Part shown: piece after piece, positions 1 to 13,968 of the stretch
Layout: every line of letters starts with the position of its first letter
How positions within the stretch are numbered: position 1 is the stretch's first letter
Position numbers and translations under genes: made by a program
The notes under the pieces: model-generated
Seen by the model: only the letters and a program-made list of their open reading frames with translations
What the model was told of the DNA's origin: nothing
The model's database searches: none
DNA from: Flaccisagitta enflata
Taxonomy: Eukaryota
NCBI GenBank assembly: GCA_965153355.1
Contig: OZ231126.1
Span: forward strand, 33,852,001 to 33,916,000
Length of the DNA: 64,000 nucleotides
Direction: 5' to 3'

Positions 1-39
1 ATCAAACCAAGAACAATTACATTTATTGATAGCACTGAA

Positions 40-500
40 AACCAAAATTAAATGGGACTGAGCCAAATGAGCTAGATGAGCTAAAATACTAAAAATCACT
101 CAACCAGACAACCAGCTATGCTCAGTGATATTCATTTTTGTATTTGCATGCTTACATCAGAACATTTGATTATTTAATTGTATTTAATTATCCTATTCAA
201 AATCAGAAAAAAGAATGAGCTAAACCAGGCTAAATAAGCAAGAATACTCAAAAACACCCTGACAGATGAGCAGCTATGCTCACTGACATGCTTTTCTGTA
301 TTTGCATACTAAAACATGTATCAAAACATTTTTTCATTTATCCCATTTAAAATCAGAAAAAAAGACTGAGCTGAATGAGCAAATTGAGCTAGAATATCGA
401 ATCACACACCCTCACATATGAGCAGCCATGCTCATAGACATGTTTTCCTGTATTTGCATGCCCAAACAAACATAAATACAATCCTTTTTTTATCCTACAC
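40..500. repeat. Degenerate tandem repeat, about 150-bp unit, about 3 copies
   Basis: The motif CAGC(T/C)ATGCTCA...TGTATTTGCAT recurs near 114, 271 and 423. Confidence 0.7.
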
Positions 501-642
501 AAAATCAAAAATCTTTAAAAATTCTTAAAATATTTGTCGTAGAGCATCTGCTTGGATTCCTCGATCAGTCCATGTTATTATGCTGTTTTGGGCATCAGGC
601 CACATCATAATTGGTAGTCAAAAATTGCATTTACCTCACCCC

Positions 643-835
643 AACTTACCCTCAGTAAGACAGACCTCTTTAGGAAACCCAAAATTACAAAGATGTCAAT
701 TCCTAATTTTGACAACAGATTTGAAATCTACAGTCAAAACTTACCCTCAGTAAGACAGACCTCTTTAGGAAACCCAAAATTACAAAGATGTCAATTCCTA
801 ATTTTGACAACAGATTTGAAATCTACAGTCAAAAC
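643..835. repeat. Near-perfect 95-bp tandem duplication
   Basis: CTTACCCTCAGTAAGACAGACC...CTACAGTCAAAAC starts at 645 and again at 740. Confidence 0.9.
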
Positions 836-1119
836 TGACAGTCAAAACTGCTGAATATTCCAACTAGAACATGCTCAAATTTTGCATTGAAATTAAGAAG
901 CTTCGTAAAGGGTTTTTGAAGGGGCGGTTGAATTCGATCAAAATAACCTATTTTTTCGTCCATCCGGTGGGCGAAATAGTGATGCCTTTTTTCGCCTGAT
1001 CGAAACAAAAAGTCGATACGAAATGGGACAATGAGCGGCAATGATGCCATTATCAATGGTACACAATGGTGCCAATCGATTTCCCTATCTTTTTTCTCTT
1101 CCTTATCCTCTTCCTCATC

Positions 1120-1124
<5 letters not shown>

Positions 1125-1204
<80 letters not shown>
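1125..1204. repeat. (CT)n microsatellite
   Basis: Directly visible. Similar CT/GA tracts occur at 3832-3924, 53837-53881, 53950-54030 and 61910-61957. Confidence 0.95.
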
Positions 1205-1208
<4 letters not shown>

Positions 1209-2298
1209 CGTCCTCTCCTCGAAAAAATGACCATTTCGACCCAACTCGAAAATCCTGCCCAAAAACCGATTTGAAACAAAGTCGAAACATATCGAAGCTG
1301 CTTGGTTGGTCCATCACATTTTAGTTTAGTTAAGTTATTTTAGGTCATTAAAATCATTTTATGTCCTTTTTAGTCAAAAAATTCAATGAAATTCATTTTC
1401 ATCATGTAGTTATATAATAAGCCACTGATGTAAGTCTCGCACACGACTTATTGGTTTCGGCCTTGTTAGTCAATTTAGTCATTTTAAGTCAATTAAAAAA
1501 TTTCAAGTCATTTTAAATCATTTTATGTCAATTCAAGTCTCTTTAGTCGTTTAAGTGATTTTAGGTCAATTCAGGTCAATTTAAATCAGTTTAAGTTAAT
1601 TCAAGTCATTCTAGGTCAATTTCAGTCATTCATAGTCATTCAAGTCAATTTAAGTCAATTCAAGTCGCTAAAGTCGCTCAAGTCATTTTAGTCATTTTAA
1701 ATCAATTCAAGTCAATTTAGGTTGTTCTATTTATGTCCTGCACGCGACTTATAAGTGTTGGCCTTGTTTATGCTCATGATTGATTTTGACAATATTCCCG
1801 AAGGAATTTTGAAAAAAGGAAAAAACTTTCCTCTATCAGTTTTTTTCTGTAGATTTCAGATCTGCTGTCAAAATTGATATCTGAACATTTTGAAATTTTA
1901 GGTTTTCTATAGGGTTCTGTCTAAAAGAGCGTAAGTTGCAGTAAGGTAAATGAGAAATTTGAAGACCAAGATTGATGTCAACAGATGCCCAAGACACAAC
2001 TACATCAAGAACTGGTCTGGGATTTCTATCATTATTGCTTCTTGTCATTTAGGTACTAGCTGTCCATTGTACACAGTCTTTTAAGTATGCGTATTTGCAA
2101 CAAAAAACAAGGCCAACAGACTTTCATTGTGTTTTATTTGCATTGGTAGATGTAAAAGCATGACTTAAACTTGTGTTAGTATTTTCTTTTTCTTTTTATT
2201 TTTTTCTTTTTCTTTTTCTTTTTCTTTTTCTTTTTCTTTTTCTTTTTTTTTTTTCTTTTTTTGTTGCAGGAAAGCAACAAAAAGTCTCCGATGCGAGA

Positions 2299-2348
<50 letters not shown>

Positions 2349-2427
2349 CACACACAGAAAACAGTCAGTCAGCTCTGCCGATGTTGGTGTTGTTGTTGTT
2401 GTTGCTCATGTCATTCATGCAATGTTC

Positions 2428-2556
2428 CTTTTTAGTTGCGGATACGCAACTCTGTAAGAGGCTTTGTCCGTCCGTCGGTCCGTCAGTCCGTCCGTCCGTC
2501 AGCACGAGTCGAAAAGTGGGAAAACCGCCCCTGGTGGCCGTGTACCCGGCCTTGTT
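2428..2556 (+). mobile_element. Helentron/DINE-1-like non-autonomous element (HINE), representative short copy
   Basis: TTTTTAGTTGCG...CGCAACTCT hairpin head, (GTCC)n tract and CCGGCCTTGTT tail. Related copies lie near 7951, 10583, 10826, 40144, 40918, 42090-43055 (-), 44430, 44960, 48464, 50026, 52920-53083 (-), 59100-59364 (-) and 59965. Confidence 0.65.
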
Positions 2557-2711
2557 TGTCTTGTTTTGTTTTAGTCGTGGGCTGATTGTTCTGTGCATCC
2601 GTCACTCCGGCCGAGCGTCCGTCCATCCAAAAGGCGTCTGTCTGTGAAAACGCACATTTTTGATTGTCTGAGTGTGGGGTATAGGTGGCACAATGAGGTG
2701 ACACTAAGGAG

Positions 2712-2970
2712 GTGTTTCTAGTCAAAGACAATTGCAAATTTCTAACGGGCCACTTGGTCGTGCGCTACGTTAGTTCGCTCGCACTGCCCACTCCGCTCAC
2801 TTGCTCCGCAGCGCTCCGCTTTGCTATGTTCGCTTTGCTATGCTCGCTTTGCTATGATTGCTTTGTTTGCTCACTTGCTCCATTCTCAGGCTTGTTCACT
2901 CACTTCGCTCACTCCCTCGAGGACAGTGAAATTCATAGATATGTGTTCATGCTGTAAACGCGTTCAACGT
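2712..2970 (+). mobile_element. Dispersed ~260-bp MITE family, possibly PIF/Harbinger-like
   Basis: GTTTCTAGTC...GGGCCACTTGGTCG...(CGCT)-rich core...TGAAATTCAT. The same family occurs at 49520-49772 (-), 51865-51998 (-), 54190-54464, 54465-54726 (-), 55690-55790 and 63530-63783 (-). Confidence 0.7.
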
Positions 2971-3375
2971 CCAACCTCATTAGAGAGACTAGGAAGGGGC
3001 CAATGAAGTGCGCCGTGTGGATTGTCAAGTGAATGCGGACACAGCCAATTTTACAGGTGCTTTAGCGCACCTAAAAACTATTTGAATAATGTAAAAAATC
3101 TCTTACAATTCAAAAGCACAGCTTACAAAAAAGCAAAACATAATTTTCCGATGAAAAGTTGTCAAACTTGTTTTTAATCACTGTTAATCATTAAGTTCAT
3201 TTTAGCCTTGCAACATTTCATTTCCTTTATAATTTCTGAAATTGGAAAACACATACAAGAAACTTGTGTTCGTAATATGATTCATTAAAAAAATTCAAAG
3301 GTGGAGGTGGGAGGGATGTTGACCGGCTATCAAGGTGAGAAATCGTGGGATCGAAACACCTTTTTCCTAGGGTGT

Positions 3376-3527
3376 AGGTGGGTAGGGTGGTTCTAGTTGG
3401 TTGGTGGGTGGTATTTCCAAGTCGGGGGTGGTTTTGCCTCACGGTGATGGTGATTGAGGTGGGTAGGGTGGTTCTAGTTGGTTGGTGGGTGGTATTTCCA
3501 AGTCGGGGGTGGTTTTGCCTCACGGTG
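3376..3527. repeat. 81-bp-period tandem duplication
   Basis: GGTGGGTAGGGTGGTTCTAGTTGG...GCCTCACGGTG occurs twice. Confidence 0.9.
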
Positions 3528-3830
3528 CATCCGTGTGTTCATAGTCAACTCTCCTTTAACCCCCCTGCCCCTCTTCTCCCCTTCTCAGCCCGGAGGCTAG
3601 TTGATTTTAAATCTCTCTCGGGATAGAAAGGCGCTTCTTCGGCCTCACTTTTGCTTTCTCTCTTTTGCTTCTCTTTCGCTTTCACGGCTTTACATCAACA
3701 AGAGGCCTTCAGCAACTGCTCGCCTGCGCGTTTTGCGCTTTGACTTTCAGATTGTCTCCCATCTGTCTGTGTATCTCTGTCTGTATCTCTGTCTGTGTCT
3801 CAGTCTGTATCCCGGTCTGTATCTCTGTCC

Positions 3831-3926
<96 letters not shown>

Positions 3927-4496
3927 TTTTTGTGTGATAGGGAAATTTCTTTTCTTAATCATAACACTTGAGTTGCAAGAAGCGACTTGCAATAAAGGAG
4001 AAAAAATACTGTTGAATGACGGATTAAAATTCAACGAGAACGACAGAAAAGACTCACGTCTGCCACGCGCAGGATAGAATAGCAGAGAGGAACTCAGTAA
4101 AATACATGTAAAGAAAGATGCGTAATTTTGCGTATATGCATCACCAGGTTCTGAACAAATCTTCATGAGTTGTGTAGTTTCTAAATTTTCCAATGTTTAA
4201 CACATGTCGGTCAAGTCCCGCTTGATTTTCAAATTTCAAATGCAATTTTCCTCTTGACATTAACATGGAATTAGAATCATCAACGGGAGTGACATATTGT
4301 GGGCAAATCAAGAGAGGGGACCACAATAGGCTGATGGGCCTCGTATAAGTAAAGGGTTTCAGGTACGACGTTACTTAGCTAGTTGACTGCAGACCTTAAG
4401 ATAAACGTATGGGAGTTGAATAGTTGAATAGTTCGTACACTTGTACAAGCATCTGTCGATCTTTTGTTTTTAAGACTTTTTAAGCGGTTTTTTAAA

Positions 4497-4556
4497 TTAG
4501 GGTTAGGGGTGGGTTTAGGGTTAGGCTTAGGGTTGGGGATAGGGTTAGGGTTAGGG
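4497..4556 (+). repeat. Degenerate (TTAGGG)n tract
   Basis: TTAGGG TTAGGG GTGGGT TTAGGG TTAGGC TTAGGG. It is short and interstitial. Confidence 0.75.
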
Positions 4557-7500
4557 ACAAGGTCAGCTTTAGGGCTAAGGGTTGGCTGGGTTTTATGTAT
4601 TACGACCCGAAGCTATTCAAATTTAATTCGCTCTGGCGGAGGATTCTGAAAGAAAAACAAAATCGTGCAGAGACTAAGTCAGCAGCTCCGAATAGTTGAA
4701 TACTAGACACGACATGATCCTAATTTTCCCTACCCATCGTGCCACTCGCATGCTACCGAGGCAACTAAGATTCTATGGTGGTTTCCTTCGTTTTCCTGCC
4801 ACGGTAAGTAACAAAGGAAGAATGAGTAGAAATTAGTTCCTTTCTGGCTGAGAGCTTTGTTGCGCGGGAGTTTCGACCTGCGCAGAATGAAAATGAAAGC
4901 CGATGAGTTTCTCTTTCCAATTCCATGCACCAATGCTTGCTAGTTATTCTTCGGTTATTCTTAGTTCGCTTCTCTTTTTCATTTCTTTTCTCTCTTATAA
5001 CAATTTTTTCGCTTCCTCTCTTGTTGGTCCGTCTCCCCCCCCCCCGTTCACATGGTTGCATTTAAAATTTTGACAACATTACAACTGAATCCTTAATCCC
5101 CCACCTGATAAAAAAAAGGTTCCACAAACTTACTTGGGTACTTACCCACTATATTAGCTAGAGAGTCGATGAAGAATTGCTGTTCTGTGGAATTGAACCT
5201 ACCACAGGCCTGTCCTCTTTCTATCTCAACTTTTTTCACGTTCCTTTCCTTCTCTTAATTATTTCTTTTTCATTTCTCATATCTTCTCATTTGCATCTTC
5301 CCGCGCTTTATTTTTGTTTTCGCGCGTTCGTCTGTCTTTGCTCATTTGCCAATTTGTTTTTTCGAGACACAGGCTCGGGCTCATGCGCAAGCGCAGGCAC
5401 GTGCACAATGAGGTGAAGTCTATCATGGAATCAAATCAATTCGGAAGTGAAAGGGAATTTTACCCTATTCTATCGTCATTTATGATGCTCGTCTTCATTA
5501 TGACATCCTTAGATCAGCCAATCCCTTATTTTCTCCCCCTCTTCCGCCCCCCTCCCTCTCCCCCCCCCCCTTCCCCTCCCATTCTTCTTCCATTCCAACA
5601 TCCCGTCCATCGTCTTTTCTTTTTTTCTTATTTTGTTCCTTTTGTTTTCTCACGCGTTTCTTCCTTCTACGCAGACAATTCGTTACCATTGCTAATGAGG
5701 CTAACTTCCTCCTCGCCCAATTACCATTCAAATTTATACGATTGGTAGAAAAAAGGCCGAATCTTTGAAATGGCGTTGTTAATTGCCGCTTCCATTCTGT
5801 AAAAAAAAAGATGACTGCTTGTTTACAAAAGACACTGTACAATTGCACGAAGTAGCTCATTAATTAGCACCCTCTCATCTTCCCCCTTGAACCGCGACGA
5901 GGTTTTTTTTCTTTTATTCCTAATTTTCTTCTTTTTCTTTTGTCATTATTAATTAGTGCTCGTGGCTGTGCCAAGAGAGAGTGTCTAGTGTGCTTCGTCG
6001 TCTTCGTCCCCGTCGTCTTCGTCCCCGTCGTCGTCGTCCCCGTCGTCATCATCGTCGTTTTCATAGTCGTGTAAACCCTCATCAGCGTCATCGCATGTCA
6101 GTCTGTCTGTGCCTCTTGAGTTCATCTCTGCCTTGATTTCTTCCTAGTGGCTGGCCCTTGTTTACATATCTTGTCTGCCAATTTTTTTTCCTCTCTCTCT
6201 CTTCGCACCACTCTTTGCTTTGCAAGGCGGCAAAAAAACGAAAAGAAAGCTAATAAATATTTATGGAATAATTCTATGACAAATGGAAAACGAAATGGAA
6301 TTGTCATCAATTATGCCCCGATTATCCATTGCTTTCATTTGCATTTCCCCATTCCTTCTCAGTGCTTCATTTCTTTTGCACACAACTCTTTTGACCAGAT
6401 TTCAGTTGGTCTGACGGTCCGTCAAGCAGATAGTCTGTCGGTCTGTCCCTCTGCTCATTTCTGTTTTTAGTGAGATAACATTTTGTCCACTCTGGACAAC
6501 AAAACAAAGAAATATTGAAATATCAATACTTTGTAACATCCCCCCCCCCCCGATTCGTAGGTAAAACTCGCTTTGTAAATATCCTCAACTTTGACTGTCC
6601 AAATTTCTCAAAATGGCCACTCATCAGCCCAATGCATGGGCACGAACATTAGGCAAACCATTTCCAGCTCATTAACTCAATGACCCAAGATAAATTTCAT
6701 GGGAAAACTAACTGACATATGCGCACAAAAAAGGCGAAGACACGCACGCACACACGCATATATGCTCAGTCATACACGGTCACACGCGCCGTGTGTCATC
6801 CCAGGTAGACAGTAAAGTGTTAAGGTTCGTGGATTGGGCGTACACACGCCTACTTCCCCCTTCCCCCCGCTCCCCCGCCCCGCCCCCCAAAAAAAGCAAA
6901 AAGAGCTGATATCATTCTTGACTGAAAAGAATCGATCTTTGTTTAAGCACGATTTATTTCACAGACGTTAGAAGTGCCGTTTCTTTTGTCGTTGTTGTTG
7001 TTGCTGTTGTTGTCTTGCCGGGGAGTCTTAACACCACATTGGGCTCATGTACTTTACTTTGGCTGATATGTATTCAGACTCCATGTTCAGGTGTGTCTGG
7101 GTGTCATTGTTTTGTCTTGTATTTTAGCACGGCCTACCCCCTCCTCCGAAGCTAACTATTATTCAGGATGGATCATCCAGCAAGTCAGCAACCCCCCTTG
7201 AACCCCACCAAGAGGACTACTCTTTTGTCGCCGTCTTCATTGCTGTCATCGTTGTCATTGTCGTCATGGTTGTCATTGTCTTTTTTTTCTTTTTGTCATG
7301 TTAGAATCGTCGACTTCGTTGGCATATAATCGGCTACGTTGTCGATGTCACCGTCGTTCGATTCCACTCCCTTTTGCTTTCCTCCATTTTTTCCTGCCTC
7401 TTGGATGAAACGAGCTTTGTTGAGCCATTTGCATACGAGGATTATTATCTATGTATCAACAAGTCCAGGCCTTATCTTGAACAGTAAGGATAATAGAAGC

Positions 7501-7679
7501 TTGTTGAAAGAGAAATTATTTCTGAGCGTTTGAAAAAAAACGTGAACAATCGCGAGCCTTGGGAAAAACTAGCTTGATTGTACATAGTTGAGATGAGTTC
7601 TCTGCAAATTGTTTTTCCTCTCTGTTCTTTCTCAGACGATGTCAATCAGTCATTTTTTGAGGTGTACTTACGACCCGTT

Positions 7680-7680
7680 T

Positions 7681-7768
<88 letters not shown>

Positions 7769-7770
7769 TT
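7680..7770. repeat. (TTTC)n microsatellite
   Basis: Directly visible. Related tracts occur at 56361-56505, 60975-61046 and 62048-62262. Confidence 0.95.
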
Positions 7771-9000
7771 TTCCTTTTTTTCTTTCTTCCTTCTTTTTTG
7801 GCTTGTCTGCTTTTAGAGATAGAATCTTTGATTTTCTCAAACATCTTCCCTTTTTCATCTTTATTCATCTTCATCTTCTGTCTCTTTATTTCACTTTGTT
7901 TTTATTCTCTAGTTCCATTCCGTTTTCTTCCTCATCTCCTATTCCCGCCATTTTTAGATGCGTCCGTCAGGAACGCATCTCTATAAGAGGGTTTGTCCGT
8001 CCGTCCGTCGGTCCGTCCGTCGGTCCGTCCGTCCGTCCGTAACGCCTGTGCGAAAATCGCGTTTCCGGACTGATTTTGGCCAAAGTGAAATCCTATACTG
8101 AATGTTATGGTCAACAAACGTGTTTTGAGAGCCTCCTTCACTACTGTGTCGTTTCATGAGTCTATTCGTCCATCAGTCTCTCCATATATGCACATATTAA
8201 GTAGAGACACAGTCCGGACGCATCGTTGCCCGGTCGGGCTTGTTAATTTGTAAATGGCAAGCAAGCTTCTTTACCAAAGCATCATTCTGCTTTCCAGGCA
8301 GTTGGAAATGATTTTCTTTTACGCACGTGTAGACTGTGAAGTTTCATCTGCTCATTTAAGGGGTGAATGGTGTAGGTTGTGAGAGAGTTGTTGAGCTGGG
8401 TTGGGAAGGATAACAAGAACGCTGTGAAAGTCATTTGAGTTTTTAGTCGCTGGCTAAGCGACTTAATGAAAAACTGTGTCCTTAAAAAAAAAAACCCGCA
8501 CCTTTCTTTTCATTGATAAAACAGATGCAAAATAGTAATCAAACTTTTTTCAATTGAGACATTTTAAATTTTTCAGAAAATCTTTCAATCTACTATCTAG
8601 AGCAAAGGTAAAGGGACAAAATATGATACGAATATAGTTTTTCAATAAATCATGCAAAACACAATTCCCGAATGCTTCCGATACTTCCCGTGGCTCTTCT
8701 GGGCATCCACAACCATCTACTTAAACTTTTGCGTGGTTTTCGTGACAGATATGGATGATCTTCCTTCAGGCCATGTGGGCAAATGATTTCAGATTTCTAG
8801 CTAACGTTGTATGCTCTTGATTTGGAATGCTTCAATTGTCACCACATCTCAAGGAATTGGGGTTTAAGTGTTCACAGGCCAAGCCGGGAACAGTCTGGCA
8901 CCATGTTTGTAGTGCCATGGCTTTATCTTATTGAAAATACAACTTCTTATCAAGCACAGACAACCAACAGCAACTTTTTCATCCTTTTTCATATGGAGTA

Positions 9001-9500
9001 CAGTAGGTGTCGTCTAGACTTGGAAATACGGGGGAGCTCATAGCCTGATCATCAGTATAATGAGGGGACTGATATTTTGCTGGTGTAATGTACTCTAAAG
9101 GGTTGACGATAGGGTATGGCATCCCCTTACGGCTTACCTTACAAAAAACATTTAGTATAGAATTAGGATCAATCACTTTTATGGCAGAATTTCAGCGTCA
9201 TCTATTTGCTTTAATCGCAAAACCAGCTCGGGATTCGTACCCGGAACCTTTAAAGAAATAAACTAATCACAATAAATCTGAAGTTAAGTGAGTTGACCAC
9301 TAGACCAATTCTGACAGCTGTTCAAGTGGAGCTAATATGATTTAGTATATTCAAAAGAATTTTCTATCCACAGAGCTGCCATACCCCATCGTCAACCCTA
9401 TAGGACATAAGCATTATACACACACATTTTCATTCCATTAGCACAAATGGTAGTTATGATATGAGGACCCCGGATTTCCAAGTATAGACGACATCTACTG
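9001..9500. mobile_element. Tc1/mariner-type MITE with TA TSD
   Basis: TA|CAGTAGGTGTCGTCTAGACTTGGAAATACGGGG ... CCCCGGATTTCCAAGTATAGACGACATCTACTG|TA. Confidence 0.85.
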
Positions 9501-12500
9501 TAGCAATTTTGTTTTGCTTGTCATTTCTAAACGGTTTGAGCTAGGGAAACGCGATTGGCAGAATTCAAAAAGAAATTCAATCTAGTTTCAGAATCTCACC
9601 GATTTTCTTATGAAATCTTTATATTAGTCTAAGAGGAGATATTGTCCAAAATGCTTGTCCATATAGTTATGCTCTGGGTAGTAGACCAATCCCGGGTCTG
9701 TATCTAAAACGGTTTAGGAGCTAGAGCCTTCTAAAGAGAAGCTCTTATTTGCAAAAATGCACTTTTTTCAAACAAAAAAAAAGAAATACTACATGGAGAT
9801 TGGTTGCCACAATAAACCATTCAAAAGTGCGTCTTTTTTATTGATACGCGTGGTATAGGTATGCCAGAAGGTTGGTAAAGCGAAATCTTGGATGACGCAA
9901 TATCGGCATAAATAAGTATTTCTGAGCATTACGGCCCCTGCCCAGCCATATTACACCTACATACTGCCTCTGCCTCTGCCCACCCGCATTACTGCCCTTG
10001 CACACCCGCCAGCGACTACCCATCGGTTTAGATAGTGATTTTCCCTGAACTCCAGGAAAACCGATCGTTTCAAGTTTTTCTCAATGATTATGTAAAAGAG
10101 AAGAAAACAAGTGACGCGGGGTAACAATATTGTTGCGGACGGGTGTGCAGGGGCATCCAATACCCATCCACACCTCATGCCCTCCATACATACACAGAAA
10201 CCATCTAAAGCGCTCATTTATGCACTTTTCGACCTGTGTCCACAGACCAAAAGACGAACCAATGGACCAACGGACGGACAGACGGACGGACAAAGCCTCT
10301 TATAGACTTGCGTGTCCGCCACTAAAAAGTGGAATAGAGTATTAACTAACACAAGTGTAAAAGACTGTACATTTTTGTTTTTCCCCCACCGAGTTTTGGA
10401 TTTACTTTCTACGAGTGATGGTGCCCTCGTTCACTATCAAGGTAATAAATGGATCACTTGTCGGCCGTTTCGCAGAATTACGAGAAGTCGAGAACCGCAA
10501 GAACCTCGACCCACCCACGAATTTGACAAATGCTCGTTTCACTTCTTAAAACTCTTTTTTTTTCGCCGTCAGTCTGGCATTTTTTAGTCGCGTGCACGCG
10601 ACTCTACACCCCGCTTTGTCCGTTCGTCCGTCGGTCGGTCGGTTGGTTGGTCGGTCTGTCGGTCCGTCACACTTTTAGTTTTTTTATCAATTTTTTTTAA
10701 AAGTCATTTAAAGTCATTTAAGAGTATACTGAGTCATTCTAAGTCATTCTAAGTCATTTTAAGTCAATCTGTAAATCTCTCACGCGACTTATAGGTGTTG
10801 GCCTTGTTGATTGTTCTGTTTACTTTTTAGTCGCGTGCACGCGACTCTACACCTTGGTCTGTCGGTCAGTTGGTCAGTCGGTCCGTCCCGTAACATTTTT
10901 AAATTTTTAAATTTTTAAGTATTTCAACATTGTTTAGCTTTCTTTAACAACCTTTAACATTTTTTAACATTTTCTGAGTTTTTTATGGCATTTTAACATT
11001 TTTTAACATTTTTTAACATCATCTAACATTTTTTAACATTCTTTGATATTTCCTGACATTTTAACATTTTGTTTGTCATTTCCAGACGCACGCGACTGTT
11101 GCCCTCTTGGGCTTGTTCCTTGTTACTATACTGGTTCCTGGATTCTTTCGCTTTTGAAAGCTTGTTTGTTTTCCCTTACATTTGTTACCGTTGGCGTTTT
11201 TGGCTCAACTATACAAAGGAAGAATTGTCCGACTGTTAGTCCGACTGTTGCATGTTGGTCCTGTTTTAGTAAGAGAGCGATTCAACTGGGCTAAGTTGTG
11301 TGTAACTGATTGACATCTTTCAGATTACCATTTCTATCTACACTGCCATCAATGTGTTAACAACAACTTTTGTCTAAAGAATGTTACGTCGGTCAAGTTT
11401 CGGACGCACAAAATGCGGACAGACAAACTGGTTCTCAAAAAAAACCATAAGCGCATCCAAAAACCCTTGGTGGCCTATTTTGAATGTCATGAAACCGGCG
11501 CAAACGAGAATGTTTACCATCCCTTTTTTTTTCTCTCTCTCTCTTTGCCCGGAGCAAGACAGGGCTGAACGAAGGCACCGGGCTGAAATTTGAGCATTAT
11601 TTCCTCTTTATGAGATAGCAATTTTTTTCTGATGGCGTGTTTTATTCCCGCGCGAAAAATGCTTTCAATGCATATCATCAAAATGGCGGAAATTAGATTT
11701 AGGGCGTCAAAGGGCTTTTTGGCATGATGAGCGAAACTATTGCCATTTGGAAGTTATGCATTCGAAATTATTAGGGAAAGGGAATAGAGGAATAGATATG
11801 GAATCACTAGCCCGACACTACAAGGGTCAGTTGGAAGTGATGATGATGCATCAATGGCGATATGAAGTGGGCAAAAATTTACTTATCACATCGATTTTTT
11901 CTTCCTTTCTGCCAACCATAACCTAACATTACGCAAGAATAATTGGTCTTCACTAAGTGCTATGTTATGAATTATGTAGAGGTTTTCCATTTTCCCAGAA
12001 GTATAGAGATTCAGTTTTTGCGTGGTTGTCGGTGTTGTTGTTGTTATCTCCCCCTAAAGCAATCGCCACCAAGGGAGAAATTTTCTGTTCTCCCTTCGAC
12101 TTTTGTTTATCCCTCTTTTCGACCCTTATCGAATATTTATGGCCAGGTAGTAAATATCACGAATGGGAACGCATGCGCGCGCGACCCGTCGCGGCGACCT
12201 GCTTCACCAAAAATCGCCGAAACGTGGAGTGGGAATAAAAACCCAAAACAAAACAACAAGCCTGACTATACTTTCAGCATACGTATTGGACTTAGACTTC
12301 CATTATTTTTTCTCCCTCAGGCTTGAACCCTTGAGATCTCGTACAAAGGATGGGGATATTTTGAGAGGATGAAAGCTGTAATGCTACTCAGTAGTATTTT
12401 TTTCAGAAGAGAAATGTTGTTATGAGTGAGCGAGATTGTGAAACAATTTTTTGGGGAGGGAGGCGACTAGTTTTTGGAGAGGATGTGTATGGCATAATGG

Positions 12501-13050
12501 AAGCGTCACGCTTGTCGGCACGTTGTCAAACCATACTTTGCGCTTGTTCCAGCTTGGGCCCTCATAGGCACACTCTAAGTAGGACACCCCAGATAGGATG
12601 CAGTATCATAAAAGTCCAAAATCTCTTTCTAAAACTTACCATCGACATCCTCTTTGACCAAAATGATTGTTGTTTTATGATTTTCTCAAAAAATGTGCAA
12701 CGGGAGCCCTTATATAGACTGCTGGCTAAGGAACCGAAAAATGCGAAAATCGCAATAAACGCCAAAAATAGATGGGGGTGAAAAAAATTTTTATGGTCAT
12801 AGAAAGATTTGCATTTGTGAAAAGTTTACTTTTTATGTCTACTTTGAGAAAAAAAAAAGTTTGGGCCATATTTCCCATTTCCCTACCGAGGAGCTTTTAG
12901 TTCCCCCTTTTGAGGTGTGCACTACCAAAAAAAATGCAAATGAGATTTTTCTTGTTTTTCTTTGCTATTCATGACAAATTGGTAAAAATCCTTGGGCTGG
13001 TCTTTTGAAAGATATTAAGAGTAGAACATAAAATAGGAGAAGTAGCTGAT

Positions 13051-13968
13051 AGGGGTCCCTGTGGGATCCTCAAAGGGCCCCCAAATGACCAAAATAGCTG
13101 AAAATGGCTAAAAAATGAGGGGTTTTGGAGTTGTTTCTTCTCAAATGTTATTGGGGAGGACAATTTTATGTTAAGATACTGTCACCTGATTTGGAGCAAC
13201 AAAAAAAAAGGTCAGGGGCCCCTTAAGGGCCCATTCAAGGGGCCCCTAGATGCTGCTAAAGGCTTAAAACGGCAAAAATGACCAAAACTTACATTTTTAT
13301 CAATTTTTCGCCATCTTTGGCAATGAAGGGCCTAGTTATCTGTTTAGCTTCCCTCATCAGTGCAGCAGACCAAGATAAGAAGGCTGAAGACCCCTGATGG
13401 GCCCATCCAGAGGACCTAAAGGACTCATAATAGCCAAAAATGACCAAATCTTGACATTTTAATACCATTTTTCATGCATTGTTGGACTGCACCTATTTAC
13501 TGTTTATTGGATGGATGATTGATTGATTTACTGAATGATTGATTGTTAGATTGATTCATATGTCTGTGGGGCCCTTCTGGGTTCCTCAAAGGGCCCCCAA
13601 ATAACCTAAACAGCTGAAAATAGCCCAAAAATGGGGTTTTGAGTTGTTTCTTCTCAAACGTTGTTGGGAGGGAAATTCCATGTAAAGATACTGTCATCTG
13701 GTGTGGAACATCAAAAGAAAAGGTCAGGGGCCCCTCAGGGACCCATTCAAGGGGCCCCTAGATGCTCCAAAAGGCTTAAAACGGGAAAAAATGCTCAAAA
13801 TTTAAGCAGTTTTGACAATGAAGGACCTAGTTATCTGTTTAGCTTCCCTCATCAGTGCAGCAGAACTAGATAAGAATAAAAGTGAAGGCTGAAGACCCCT
13901 GTTGAACCCATACAAACGCCTTGTGGGACCCGTGATAGCCAAAAGTGACCAAATCTTGACATTTTTAA
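13051..13968. repeat. Diverged direct duplication of ~400 bp (13051-13462 and 13568-13968)
   Basis: Shared blocks include CCTCAAAGGGCCCCCAAAT, CCTAGTTATCTGTTTAGCTTCCCTCATCAGTGCAGCAGA and TGACCAAATCTTGACATTTT. Confidence 0.85.

Larger units (their letters stand above)
560..2030. mobile_element. Old non-autonomous TIR element with diverged inverted arms at ~560-735 and ~1845-2030
   Basis: TTTTGACAACAGATTTGAAATCTACAG on the left matches the reverse complement of CTGTAGATTTCAGATCTGCTGTCAAAATT on the right. Weaker similarity extends outward. Confidence 0.5.

Noticed and set aside
4497-4556. True telomere or chromosome-fusion scar
   Set aside because: The tract is only about 60 bp, degenerate and in one orientation. 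It is more likely part of a dispersed repeat.
829-8141. Many ORFs with RE, SL, HT or FFLS repeats
   Set aside because: They are translations of microsatellites. The same applies to ORFs at 45677-46670, 51138-51555, 52111-52478, 56228-57004 and 61860-62459.
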